From: Pseudomonadota bacterium
GTDB lineage: Bacteria; Pseudomonadota; Alphaproteobacteria; Rhizobiales; Rhizobiaceae
Length of the DNA stretch: 64,000 nt
Direction: 5' to 3'
Assembly (NCBI GenBank): GCA_039029255.1
Contig: JBCCGN010000006.1
Span: 28,320 to 92,319, forward strand
Shown here: piece after piece, positions 7,819 to 17,871 of the stretch
Numbering within the stretch: the first letter of the stretch is position 1
How the letters are laid out: each line of letters starts with the position of its first letter
Made by a program: the position numbers and the translations under genes
Notes under the pieces: model-generated
What the model saw: the letters and a program-made list of their open reading frames with translations, nothing else
Told to the model about the DNA's origin: nothing
Database searches by the model: none

Positions 7819-8904
7819 ATGATGCAGCAACGGCACAGTTCTGGTATTCGCATGTTGATGAAAAAAGAATCCAAATCGGCTATGGGGCCGCTTCCAACCG
7901 CACACCCTGAAGTGAAGATTGGCAAGGTCGGAGTGTTGTTGGTCAACCTTGGAACGCCTGATGGCTATGACCGAAAAAGCATGTATCGCTATCTCAGGGA
8001 GTTCCTGACGGATTCAAGGGTTATCGAATGGCCCAAAATCCTTTGGTATCCAATCCTGTTCGGGATTATCTTGGTTCGCCGTCCAGGCAAAGTTGGACTA
8101 GCCTATAAGTCCATTTGGAACACAGAGCTGGATGAATCTCCGCTGCGGACTTTTACCCGGTCCCAATCGGACAAGCTGGCTGAAGCGCTGAAGAACTCGG
8201 AGCATGTGGTGGTGGATTGGGCGATGCGTTACGGAAACCCCTCCATCGCTTCACGGCTGGAGAATCTGAAAAATCTGGGGTGTGAGAGGCTGCTGATTTT
8301 TCCTCTTTATCCTCAGTACAGTGCCGCGACAACTGCGACGGTGAATGACAAGGTTTTCGAGTGTCTCAAGACCATGCGGTGGATGCCTGCTGTGCGAACC
8401 GTTCCGCCTTACCACGATGATCCGAGCTATATCGATGCACTTGCAGTCTCTATAGAAGAGGCGATGGAAGCAATGCCCAGAAAGCCTGAAAAAATTATCG
8501 CTTCCTACCATGGCATCCCGCAAAGCTATTTTAAGAAAGGCGATCCCTATCATTGCCATTGTCTGAAGACGACTCGCTTGTTGCGTGAAAGACTTGCGAT
8601 GGATGAGGAATTTTTGATCACGACATTTCAGTCGCGCTTTGGACCAGAAGAATGGCTTCAGCCCTATACCGACAAAACCATCGAGAAACTGGCTGTCGAA
8701 GGTACGAAGGATATTGCCGTCTTCAATCCGGGATTTGTGTCCGACTGCCTCGAAACGCTCGAGGAAATTGCGGGAGAAGGCGAGGAAATATTTCATGAGC
8801 ACGGTGGTGAGAATTTCACTCACATTGCCTGCCTGAACGATGGTCGGGAGGGTATGGAAGTGATTGAAACAGTTGTACGCCGCGAGCTTTCAGGCTGGAT
8901 TTGA
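7819..8904 (+). CDS. hemH: ferrochelatase
   Basis: KVGVLLVNLGTPD...LIFPLYPQYSAATT...SYHGIPQSYF...FQSRFGPEEWLQPYT. The start is uncertain, with several in-frame ATGs between 7819 and 7882. Confidence 0.92.
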   Translation: MMQQRHSSGIRMLMKKESKSAMGPLPTAHPEVKIGKVGVLLVNLGTPDGYDRKSMYRYLREFLTDSRVIEWPKILWYPILFGIILVRRPGKVGLAYKSIWNTELDESPLRTFTRSQSDKLAEALKNSEHVVVDWAMRYGNPSIASRLENLKNLGCERLLIFPLYPQYSAATTATVNDKVFECLKTMRWMPAVRTVPPYHDDPSYIDALAVSIEEAMEAMPRKPEKIIASYHGIPQSYFKKGDPYHCHCLKTTRLLRERLAMDEEFLITTFQSRFGPEEWLQPYTDKTIEKLAVEGTKDIAVFNPGFVSDCLETLEEIAGEGEEIFHEHGGENFTHIACLNDGREGMEVIETVVRRELSGWI

Positions 8905-8908
8905 TATT

Positions 8909-9436
8909 GTGTCTGAGGGGGAACACGGCAAACTTCCTTACCGGCCCAATGTGGGTATTTGTCTTTTAAATACTGATGGCCATGTGTGGATGGGGAAGGC
9001 CAAAACTTCTGGCCCTGAAATTGTGACTCCAGGACGTGAATGGCAAATGCCACAGGGAGGAATCGAGGAAACAGAGGACATTGTGGAAGCCGCCAGGCGA
9101 GAGTTGTGGGAGGAGACCAGGGCGACGTCTGTGGAATTTCTTGCTGCTACGACCGAATGGTGGTCGTACGATTTTCCGGCTGGCTTTGATTCCGCCAAAC
9201 ACAAAGAAGCGGGCCACAAACTCAATTCGTTCTGCGGCCAGAAACAGAAATGGGTTGCGTTCCGATTTACCGGCACAGTAGACGAGATTGACATTACTGC
9301 TTCTCACACCGGTGAGCCGCAGGAGTTTTTTGACTGGGACTGGCTGGATGCAAAAACGGCCTTTGAGCGAACAGTTTCCTATAAGATGGCGCAATATGAA
9401 CGGGTTTTTGCTGCATTCGGATGTTACATCACATGA
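8909..9436 (+). CDS. rppH: RNA pyrophosphohydrolase (Nudix)
   Basis: LPYRPNVGICLL...WQMPQGGIEETEDIVEAARRELWEETR Nudix box. GTG 8909 lies just after the hemH stop, whereas the track start at 8864 would overlap hemH. Confidence 0.85.
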   Translation: MSEGEHGKLPYRPNVGICLLNTDGHVWMGKAKTSGPEIVTPGREWQMPQGGIEETEDIVEAARRELWEETRATSVEFLAATTEWWSYDFPAGFDSAKHKEAGHKLNSFCGQKQKWVAFRFTGTVDEIDITASHTGEPQEFFDWDWLDAKTAFERTVSYKMAQYERVFAAFGCYIT

Positions 9437-9463
9437 ATCTTCAAGTTTTCCGGGCTGAACCAA

Positions 9464-10078
9464 ATGCATCTTGCGGAAATTCAAGCGAACATACAGCGGT
9501 TTGATCCCGTCAGGATCAGCAAACCGGAACTGCGAAAGGCAGCGGTGTCAATTGTCATTTCATATGATCGCAACGGTGCAGCTGAAAGTTCTGTGCTGCT
9601 CACATTGAGAAATGCGAAACTCAAACAGCATTCCGGTCAGTATGCGTTACCAGGGGGCAAACTTGATCCCGAAGAGACAGAGATACAAGCTGCTGTTCGG
9701 GAGGTTCAGGAGGAGATTGGTGTCAGCCTGGCAGACCAGAATTTGATAGGTGTGCTTGATGATTATCAGACTCGTTCAGGGTTTTTGATTACGCCGGTGG
9801 TATTCTGGATTGAGGCAGACACGGTTTTCACGCCCTGCGCTGATGAGGTCGAGGCGATTTTCAAGATACCGTTCCGTGAACTCGACAGTGAGGCAATTCC
9901 AATTTTTGAGCCTGGTGTAGATGTGGATCGACCGGTACTTTTGTCCAACTTTCCAACGCTTGGGCACAAAATGTATTCACCGACTGCGTCAATCCTTTAT
10001 CAGTTTCGCGAAGTGGCGCTCCGCGGCCTTTCGACTCGCGTTGCAATTTATGATCAGCCGGGGTTCGCCTGGAAGTAG
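9464..10078 (+). CDS. Nudix hydrolase, CoA pyrophosphatase-like
   Basis: VLLTLRNAKLKQHSGQYALPGGKLD plus Nudix box EIQAAVREVQEEIG. Confidence 0.8.
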   Translation: MHLAEIQANIQRFDPVRISKPELRKAAVSIVISYDRNGAAESSVLLTLRNAKLKQHSGQYALPGGKLDPEETEIQAAVREVQEEIGVSLADQNLIGVLDDYQTRSGFLITPVVFWIEADTVFTPCADEVEAIFKIPFRELDSEAIPIFEPGVDVDRPVLLSNFPTLGHKMYSPTASILYQFREVALRGLSTRVAIYDQPGFAWK

Positions 10079-10193
10079 CGTTTTCACGGCTCTTAACCAT
10101 GCTGTTCAAGTCTTGTTGTAAACGCAAACGTTGACTGTCATATAGTTTTATAAATGTTTTAATCAAATCGCCTTTTATTTTCAGGAGGGCTGA

Positions 10194-11132
10194 ATGCTTT
10201 TTGGATTTGACTATACGCTGGCGGTGCTTGCGGCCGTAGTGGTTCTGGTAATTTTTGCAGGTATCAAGACCGTACCGCAGGGCTATAACTACACCGTGGA
10301 ACGCTTTGGAAAGTTCACGCGCAGCCTAAATCCGGGACTTAACTTTATCTTCCCGTTCATTGATCGCATAGGCGCCAAAATGAACATGATGGAGCAGGTA
10401 CTGGATGTTCCGACCCAGCAGGTTATTACGAAGGACAATGCCACGATTAGTGCGGATGGTGTTGCGTTCTTCCAAATTCTTGATGCGCCAAAAGCAGCCT
10501 ATGAGGTCCGTGACCTGGAACGCGCACTCCTTAACCTTACAATGACCAACATTCGTACGGTTATGGGCTCGATGGACCTGGATGAACTCCTTGCAAAGCG
10601 TGATGAGATCAATAATCGCCTGCTTCGTGTTGTTGATGATGCCGCAGGCCCTTGGGGTATCAAGATTACCCGGGTAGAGATCAAGGACATAAATCCGCCA
10701 AAAGATTTGATCGATGCAATGGACCGCCAGATGAAGGCGGAACGTGAAAAGCGAGCTAACGTTCTGGAGGCACAGGGTTTTCGGGAAGCTGAAATTCTGA
10801 AGGCTGAAGGTGAAAAACAGGCTCAGATACTGCAGGCGGAAGGTGAGCGTGAAGCTGCATTCCGCGAGGCCGAAGCACGTGAGCGATTGGCACAGGCAGA
10901 AGCTGAAGCTACCCGCATGGTGTCTGACGCAATTGCCAGCGGGGACACACAGGCGATCAACTACTTTGTCGCCCAGAAATATACAGAGGCACTTGGTCAA
11001 ATTGCATCAGCCAACAACCAGAAAGTAATAATGTTGCCACTTGAAGCGTCATCTTTGATTGGTTCTCTTAGCGGCATTGGGGCTATTGCGAAAGATGTCT
11101 TTGGCGGTGATAATGAAGGCGTAAACAAGTAG
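10194..11132 (+). CDS. SPFH/band-7 (stomatin-like) family protein
   Basis: N-terminal TM, an SPFH core ([17 protein letters not shown]...) and a coiled-coil E/A/R/Q-rich tail. Confidence 0.9.
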   Translation: MLFGFDYTLAVLAAVVVLVIFAGIKTVPQGYNYTVERFGKFTRSLNPGLNFIFPFIDRIGAKMNMMEQVLDVPTQQVITKDNATISADGVAFFQILDAPKAAYEVRDLERALLNLTMTNIRTVMGSMDLDELLAKRDEINNRLLRVVDDAAGPWGIKITRVEIKDINPPKDLIDAMDRQMKAEREKRANVLEAQGFREAEILKAEGEKQAQILQAEGEREAAFREAEARERLAQAEAEATRMVSDAIASGDTQAINYFVAQKYTEALGQIASANNQKVIMLPLEASSLIGSLSGIGAIAKDVFGGDNEGVNK

Positions 11133-11212
11133 AAGATTTAATGATCAAACTTTCCGCAGGAATGTGGGTTTTGAAGGTGCAATTCTGAACACCGAAGAGG
11201 AGCGGTAACCGG

Positions 11213-11677
11213 ATGATTGCTGAAATCGTCAATTCTCTTGGCCCATGGGCTTGGGTGGTGTTCGGTCTTCTCCTGCTTGGCATAGAAATTCTGATGCCAA
11301 GCACTTTCCTTTTGTGGCCGGGACTTTCGGCGCTGGTAGTCGGGGCCATTACCCTCGTATTGGGAACTGAGAACCCGATCTGGCCCTGGCAGGCACAGTT
11401 GCTTGTCTTTCTTGCCTTGACGCTTTTGATCGCCTATTTCGGCCGCAAATTCATGCAAAGCAGGAATATGGAAGAAAGTGAGCAACCCAATCTCAATCAG
11501 CGGGGTGCTCAGCTTGTCGGTCGAAGAGCAGTGATTACGACCGCGATCGAAAATGGTGCTGGCCGGGCAAAACTGGGCGATACTACCTGGAGTGTTATGG
11601 GACCGGACATGGAGGTTGGTGACACGGTTCAGGTTGTTGGCAGCGAAGGAAACGCGCTGATTGTCGAGAAAGTGTAA
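11213..11677 (+). CDS. NfeD family membrane protein
   Basis: Three TM segments plus a C-terminal OB-like domain (GRAKLGDTTWSVMGPDMEVGDTVQVVG). It lies directly downstream of the SPFH gene. Confidence 0.85.
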   Translation: MIAEIVNSLGPWAWVVFGLLLLGIEILMPSTFLLWPGLSALVVGAITLVLGTENPIWPWQAQLLVFLALTLLIAYFGRKFMQSRNMEESEQPNLNQRGAQLVGRRAVITTAIENGAGRAKLGDTTWSVMGPDMEVGDTVQVVGSEGNALIVEKV

Positions 11678-11738
11678 GTTACCTCTCAGCTTCCGAATGT
11701 AATTTTCCTGACTAGAGCAACCTATAATCCAAGCTGGT

Positions 11739-12710
11739 CTACGCGACGCCAATTCGCAAAAGATCATGCAGGTGAACCACACCGACCGGGTTGTCATTCT
11801 CTACAACGAACAAAGCTGTAATCGAGTTTTCATTGAGGATCGCGACGGCTGATGTAGCAAGTGCATTGGGACCGATGGTTTGAGGATTGGCTGTCATTAT
11901 CTGATCAGTGGTCATTTCCAGCATGTTGCGGTTTATGTGCCGTCGCAGGTCTCCGTCTGTTATAATTCCTGCAAGCTTGCCGTCCGATTGAATTACGCCG
12001 ACACATCCAAGCTTCTTCAAGGTCATTTGTGCAACCGCAGCTTCCAGCGTGACATCTATGCTGACCAGAGGCATGGTCTCACCAGCGTGCATGATTTCAC
12101 TCACGCGGGTCAGGTTCGCTCCCAAGGAACCGCCCGGGTGATAAATCCCAAAATCATCAGCTGAAAATCCGCGGGCTTCAAGCAATGCAACCGCAATTGA
12201 ATCGCCAATGGCCATCTGCATAATTGTTGAGGTAGTTGGTGCAAGACCATTGGGGCAGGCTTCTGCAACTTTTGGAATTTCCAGACATATCGTTGCCTCT
12301 TTCCCCAACGTTGAATTCCGGTCCCGGGTAATTGCTATTAAAGGAATTGAGAACCGGCTTGCATAAGTAATGATGCCCTTGAGCTCTGTTGTTTCTCCGG
12401 ACCATGACAGGGCGATTATTGCGTCATCGCGCGCTATCATTCCAAGGTCGCCATGATTGGCCTCTGCGGCGTGTACGAAAAATGCCGGCGTTCCAGTTGA
12501 GGCCAGCGTAGCGGCAAGTTTACCGCCAATGTGTCCACTTTTGCCGACACCGGCTACAATTACCCGTCCATTGATCTGTTGCAGAAGTTTGCAGGCATTC
12601 TCAAAGTATTTTCCCAGTGTTCCGTCAAGCGCGCCAGCTAGTGCGTTCAGTCCGGCTTCCTCGGTTTTAATGGTTCTCAGTGCCGATTGCACAGAGTTTG
12701 AATTTTGCAT
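11739..12710 (-). CDS. kdsD: KpsF/GutQ family arabinose-5-phosphate isomerase
   Basis: SIS domain (GVGKSGHIGGKLAATLASTGTPAFFVH) plus tandem CBS domains. Confidence 0.92.
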   Translation of the reverse strand: MQNSNSVQSALRTIKTEEAGLNALAGALDGTLGKYFENACKLLQQINGRVIVAGVGKSGHIGGKLAATLASTGTPAFFVHAAEANHGDLGMIARDDAIIALSWSGETTELKGIITYASRFSIPLIAITRDRNSTLGKEATICLEIPKVAEACPNGLAPTTSTIMQMAIGDSIAVALLEARGFSADDFGIYHPGGSLGANLTRVSEIMHAGETMPLVSIDVTLEAAVAQMTLKKLGCVGVIQSDGKLAGIITDGDLRRHINRNMLEMTTDQIMTANPQTIGPNALATSAVAILNENSITALFVVENDNPVGVVHLHDLLRIGVA

Positions 12711-12813
12711 TGTTTTTCAACTTCCAAGACCGGTAACAACAGCGGATTGAAACCATTCGTTAACCACAAGTCTTTACGATTCATCAAGAAATTTCCAAGT
12801 GCGGCAAATCTAG

Positions 12814-14418
12814 ATGACGAATGCCAAAATGTCCAAGACTGGTGTGGCGTGGATTGCATTTCTTTCCTGCAATCTTCTCGGCATTGTCGCAATGCAGCCT
12901 GCTTTCAGTCAAACTGCTGAGTCCGGTTCAGCGATTCCCGAGCTTACGATCCGTGGAAGTATTGCAGAGGAAGAACCACTGTCAAGAGCGCCTGCTGGGA
13001 ATCAAGATCCGATAGTGCTTGGCCTGGAAGATTTTCAATCCCGGGAACCGAATACGGATGAAACATTTGATGCCGGATCAAACGCTGATGAAACAGTAGT
13101 GAATTCTGCGGAAGAAAGACGCGGGCAGCTTACCCGAACCGGTGACCGGACAATAGATGCTCCGTCAGGAAGACGAGGACGCGTTCAGGCGGTTGGTCCT
13201 GTTGGAGTTGATCCGGATGATCCGACATCTTCTCCCAGGTCGAATGTGGCTGCGGATCCACGACAAACCGGAAATCGACCCGTGACAGACGAGGAACCTT
13301 TCGGCCCTACCGGATTTCGACTTGGAACTATCGATGTTCTGGCAAGCATTGAGCAATCTCTCGGGTATTCAACCAATATTTCCCAGAACGCCGGCGGTGA
13401 GTCGGGCGGATTTTCGCAGACTGATATTGAAGTTACCGCCACCTCGAACTGGTCGCGACATGAACTGCAGTCAAGCCTCACTGGAAGTTACCGGTTACCA
13501 TTTGACGGTGAAGAAGTCGATGAACCTTCGCTGTCCGCGAACACACAGTTGCGCCTGGATCTGATTGATGGTCATACATTGACTGGTGTCGTGTTCTACG
13601 AAGCGGAAACCCAGGAATTTACGGATACAACTCTTGCACCCGGTGCCGTGGATACACCTCTTGAACAAAGCTTTGGTGGAAGTCTGGAGCTTGAACGCAG
13701 CGACCGCAGATTGTTTTATTCATTGCGAGGTTCTGTCAGCAGGGAAGTGTTTGAAGATGCTGATTTGGGTGGGGGAGTTACCCAGCTGCAGGAAGATCAG
13801 AACAACAATGAATACACATTCACTTTGCGAACCGGGTATGAAGTGTCGCCTGCCATAAGGCCATTTATTGAAGGGGCCTATGGCTTCAGGGAATTTGACC
13901 TCGAAACAGACCGTAACGGAAATCAGCGGGACAGCAACATTTATGCGCTTCGCACCGGTGCTGAGATTGACCTTGGTGAAAAACTGCAGGGTGAATTCGC
14001 AGTCGGATATCTGACCGAGCAGGCAGATGACCCGCTTATAGAGGATCTCTCCGGTTTTACGGTAAGCGGAGAACTCAACTGGACGCCAGAACGTGATACC
14101 CTGGTTACCTGGACGGTTGATACTCAGTCCAACAATTCGATAGCGCTCAACGAAAATGGCTCTTTCACCTACAGTTCCCGTCTGAACTATGAGCGACAAA
14201 TTACGGATAGGTTGTCTGTTGATGCTTTTGGCAGTGTTGAATTTGAAACCAATGATGCCCGAAACACCACAGTGGAACTGGGAGTGGGCGCGCAGTATTG
14301 GGTGAACCGTTTCATGGCAGTTACAGGCGACATCGAATATCAGCGTTTTTCTTCGGATGCTGCCAATTCTGGCTTCGACGAGGTTTCCGGTCGGGTGGGA
14401 ATGCGGTTGCAGAGGTAA
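12814..14418 (+). CDS. outer-membrane beta-barrel protein (OmpL-like/BBP2-type) with a disordered N-terminal region
   Basis: Signal peptide, about 160 aa of low-complexity sequence, then alternating-hydrophobicity strands through to the C-terminus. Confidence 0.6.
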   Translation: MTNAKMSKTGVAWIAFLSCNLLGIVAMQPAFSQTAESGSAIPELTIRGSIAEEEPLSRAPAGNQDPIVLGLEDFQSREPNTDETFDAGSNADETVVNSAEERRGQLTRTGDRTIDAPSGRRGRVQAVGPVGVDPDDPTSSPRSNVAADPRQTGNRPVTDEEPFGPTGFRLGTIDVLASIEQSLGYSTNISQNAGGESGGFSQTDIEVTATSNWSRHELQSSLTGSYRLPFDGEEVDEPSLSANTQLRLDLIDGHTLTGVVFYEAETQEFTDTTLAPGAVDTPLEQSFGGSLELERSDRRLFYSLRGSVSREVFEDADLGGGVTQLQEDQNNNEYTFTLRTGYEVSPAIRPFIEGAYGFREFDLETDRNGNQRDSNIYALRTGAEIDLGEKLQGEFAVGYLTEQADDPLIEDLSGFTVSGELNWTPERDTLVTWTVDTQSNNSIALNENGSFTYSSRLNYERQITDRLSVDAFGSVEFETNDARNTTVELGVGAQYWVNRFMAVTGDIEYQRFSSDAANSGFDEVSGRVGMRLQR

Positions 14419-14424
14419 ACTGCT

Positions 14425-15300
14425 CTATCCCAAATTTCCGATTTCATTGCGAATTTCTTCACCGATTTCATCATCCTCTAGGGCAAACGCCAAGTTTGCC
14501 TTAATGAAACCGGACTTCGAACCGCAATCAAAAGTATCACCTGTAAAGACATGGCCGAAGAATGTCTGTTTTTCAGACAGTTTCAGCATTGCATCGGTCA
14601 GTTGAATTTCATTGCCGGCACCCGGTTCCTGATCTTCCAGGATTTCAAATATCTCAGGTTGGAGGATATAGCGGCCATTGATGAATAGGTTGGAAGGGGC
14701 CGTACCAGGCGCCGGTTTTTCAACCATTCCGGTTATCCTGAACCCAGGGCCTTCATACTCCTCTTTTTCCACCACACCATATTTGTGAGTATCCTCCCAT
14801 GCGACTTCTTCAGTTGCAATAACGTTGCCGCCGGTCTGTTGGTACAAGTCCACCATGCCTGCCATGCATCCGGGATCATGTTTCATGACCATATCCGGCA
14901 AAAGCAATGCAAATGGCTGATTTCCAACAATATCGCGAGCGCACCAGACAGCATGCCCAAGGCCAAGCGGTGCCTGCTGACGCGTGAAACTGGTATCACC
15001 TGCGCCCGGCTGATATCTCGAAAGGACTTCCAGAGCTTCAGTCTTTTCACGCTTTTCGAGCGTGTCCTGTAACTCGTACGCGATATCGAAATGGTCTTCG
15101 ATTACCGCTTTGTTGCGTCCGGTCACGAATACGAAGTGTTCTATACCAGCTGCTTTCGCCTCATCCACGGCATACTGAATGACCGGCTTGTCAAGTATGG
15201 TCAGCATCTCTTTTGGTACAGCTTTGGTTGCCGGCAGGAATCGGGTCCCAAGGCCTGCCACAGGAAACACGGCGATTCGAACTGGCATTTGGGAATTCAT
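14425..15300 (-). CDS. galU: UTP--glucose-1-phosphate uridylyltransferase
   Basis: [23 protein letters not shown]...VEKP motifs. Confidence 0.93.
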   Translation of the reverse strand: MNSQMPVRIAVFPVAGLGTRFLPATKAVPKEMLTILDKPVIQYAVDEAKAAGIEHFVFVTGRNKAVIEDHFDIAYELQDTLEKREKTEALEVLSRYQPGAGDTSFTRQQAPLGLGHAVWCARDIVGNQPFALLLPDMVMKHDPGCMAGMVDLYQQTGGNVIATEEVAWEDTHKYGVVEKEEYEGPGFRITGMVEKPAPGTAPSNLFINGRYILQPEIFEILEDQEPGAGNEIQLTDAMLKLSEKQTFFGHVFTGDTFDCGSKSGFIKANLAFALEDDEIGEEIRNEIGNLG

Positions 15301-15449
15301 TTCTGCTCCAGAATCACTAGATCAATCACTGTTTTGTTTCCTTACCAAATCATTAACCAGTTCACTACAATTACCTCCTCCCGGTTATCCAATTTCTATG
15401 CTTTTCGCGGTAATTTCTTCTTTAGATGGGATGAAAAGGTGGTATTCGA

Positions 15450-16445
15450 ATGACAGTTCTTGTGACAGGCGGCGCTGGATATATTGGTTCCCATATGGTT
15501 TGGGAACTTATTGACCATGGCATTGATACTGTTGTGATCGATAATCTTGTGACCGGATTCAGGAATGCTGTTCCAAAACAGATACCGTTTGTCGAAGGTG
15601 ATATTGGTGACCAGTCTCTGATTGAAAGTGTACTCAAGCAATACAAAGTTGATACGATCATTCATTTTGCAGGTTCGGTTGTCGTGCCTGAATCCCTGGA
15701 AAATCCGCTGAAATACTATGACAACAATACCGGTAATTCGCGAAATCTCCTGGCTGCGGCTCTGGCCTGCAACGTAAAGCGGTTCATTTTTTCATCTACA
15801 GCTGCTGTTTACGGTAATCCTCTAACTGAGGGGCCAATCAGTGAGAACGCAATTCTAAATCCGATGTCGCCCTACGGCACTTCGAAGCTTATGACAGAAC
15901 TTATGATCCGTGATGCGGCACAGGCGCATGATCTTTCATATGTCATTCTCAGGTACTTCAATGTTGCTGGATGTGATGTTCAGGGTCGGACAGGCCAGTC
16001 TACCGAAGGTGCAACCCATTTGATCAAGGTTGCTTGCGAGGTGGCTTCCGGCAAGCGCCGTTCAATGAAAATATTTGGTACGGATTACGATACACCCGAT
16101 GGCACCTGCATCAGGGATTTCATACATGTCAATGACCTGGTCGATGCTCACCGCGTAGCGCTTGAATTTCTGCGGGCCGGTGGCCGAAAGTTCACGGCCA
16201 ACTGCGGTTACAGCAAAGGTTATTCAGTTCAGGAAGTCGTTGATGCCGTGAGAAAGGTTTCCGGCAATGACTTTCGGGTAATCCTCGATGGGCGACGTGC
16301 TGGTGACATAGAAGCACTGACTGCCAATGCAAATCGCCTGATGAGCAGACTTAACTGGAAGCCAAAGCATGATGATCTCGAACTGATTGTTTCAACTGCT
16401 CTTGCCTGGGAAGAAAAGCTGAAAAATACCGCAAAATCAGCCTGA
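15450..16445 (+). CDS. galE: UDP-glucose 4-epimerase
   Basis: VLVTGGAGYIGSH...YGTSK...LRYFNVAG. Confidence 0.93.
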   Translation: MTVLVTGGAGYIGSHMVWELIDHGIDTVVIDNLVTGFRNAVPKQIPFVEGDIGDQSLIESVLKQYKVDTIIHFAGSVVVPESLENPLKYYDNNTGNSRNLLAAALACNVKRFIFSSTAAVYGNPLTEGPISENAILNPMSPYGTSKLMTELMIRDAAQAHDLSYVILRYFNVAGCDVQGRTGQSTEGATHLIKVACEVASGKRRSMKIFGTDYDTPDGTCIRDFIHVNDLVDAHRVALEFLRAGGRKFTANCGYSKGYSVQEVVDAVRKVSGNDFRVILDGRRAGDIEALTANANRLMSRLNWKPKHDDLELIVSTALAWEEKLKNTAKSA

Positions 16446-16483
16446 CATTCACGTAGTTTCATGTGCCTCTGGAGAGAATCGGT

Positions 16484-17776
16484 TTAGTTTGTCGTTGTTT
16501 CGACCTGAGATACCTTGTTGGTATCCTCATTGCCTTCACTTGTTTCCGGCTCTGACTGCGGTGCTGCTTTTGGTGTTCCCCATTGCGCGTCGACACGACC
16601 TGGTTGTGGCAGCTTTGGAAGTCCGTTTTCAACAAGTTCAAAGCTTACGCTGTCCTTGTCCGTATCAGAATCCGGGTAATCCTCTTCGCCTTCCAGCACG
16701 TCACCGCCATCAAGTGAGGGTGACCCGAGGGAAATCACCACTGTCTTTCCGGTTCCCGCGGGGTCATATTCAGGCACTTTTGGTTGCGCCAAATTTGGAT
16801 TGATAGTTCCCAAGCTGGCAAAGTTGAAGCCTTCGCTGCTGTTTACAACACCTATTCTTCGTAACTCTTTGTCCGCGAAAAATGCGAGTTTTGTTTTACC
16901 GGCCCTTGTCATGCCAATGCCCTTCGAGCCCCGTAGACGAACGATCTGACCGTTGATGTCCGGTCCCGCACTTACAAACTTACCCTCAGCATTCGTAAAT
17001 CCATCCCAGACATCGACGAATGATCCGCCAACCGAATCTGAAACTGAGCGGAAGGTTTCGTTGAAGGCGAGATAATCGGCGTTCATGCGGTTTGATTTAA
17101 CCGGCGGCAAACCAACCCAAAGAACAGGTACGTTTGCTGCTTTTCCGGAAGATTGAACGGTTGTCACGCGTTTCACATATTCGGTCTTCCAGGCTTCAGA
17201 CAGCTTCTCAAGGTTGCCTGACGCAAAGCGCATTTCCTGCCTGTCATTCATGCCCACCAATGCAATAACTGCGACCGGTTTAACCTCGTTAATAAGATCG
17301 GGCACGCGCGAAGTCCAGTCGACCACATCGTTTCTGACTATGCCCGACGCCGGGTTGGTATTTTTGACAATCACGAAGTTTGGATTTTGTGAATAAAGCT
17401 TTTCCAGGCCACTTGCCAAACCGCTTGCCATGAAGTCGCCGATCACCAGAATCTTCGCGGCGTTTTCGTTTTTGACAACAACCACCGCCGGTCTGGTCTC
17501 TTCAGTTGCAGACGGGCGGTCGTTGGATGTAGTTCTTCTATTATACCGTACACCGGGCAATTCGAACAAGCTTCTTCTCTTAGAAGTGGATCGGCGTTTT
17601 TCCCGCTTCTTTTCGCGCCTTTTGAACAAAATATCAAAAAGCGACTTGCGTTTGGAAGTCTGCGCCTGCGCAGTTTCAACACCCAGAACTGCCCCAAAAA
17701 TGGGCGTGTTTGATCCAGGCATCGCAAAAGCGATAGCCAGGGAAAACAAAAGGACTATCCGTAAAGGGCTAAACAT
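16484..17776 (-). CDS. SGNH/GDSL-like hydrolase (DUF459-type), secreted
   Basis: Signal peptide, a basic K/R-rich linker, then ILVIGDFMASG...VGMNDRQ motifs. Confidence 0.7.
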   Translation of the reverse strand: MFSPLRIVLLFSLAIAFAMPGSNTPIFGAVLGVETAQAQTSKRKSLFDILFKRREKKREKRRSTSKRRSLFELPGVRYNRRTTSNDRPSATEETRPAVVVVKNENAAKILVIGDFMASGLASGLEKLYSQNPNFVIVKNTNPASGIVRNDVVDWTSRVPDLINEVKPVAVIALVGMNDRQEMRFASGNLEKLSEAWKTEYVKRVTTVQSSGKAANVPVLWVGLPPVKSNRMNADYLAFNETFRSVSDSVGGSFVDVWDGFTNAEGKFVSAGPDINGQIVRLRGSKGIGMTRAGKTKLAFFADKELRRIGVVNSSEGFNFASLGTINPNLAQPKVPEYDPAGTGKTVVISLGSPSLDGGDVLEGEEDYPDSDTDKDSVSFELVENGLPKLPQPGRVDAQWGTPKAAPQSEPETSEGNEDTNKVSQVETTTN

Positions 17777-17836
17777 GCTCCGGGCTCTCTGATTTCAGCT
17801 TTTGATAATAAGACTGAAATAGGGAGGATTGAGGGC

Positions 17837-17871
17837 AACTGCGCTCAAACGTACCTATCTTGAGCGCAGTT
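17837..17871 (-). other. 12-bp perfect stem-loop spanning the stop codon of the transglycosylase gene
   Basis: AACTGCGCTCAA-n11-TTGAGCGCAGTT. One arm lies inside the last codons of the CDS. There is no U-tract. Confidence 0.4.
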
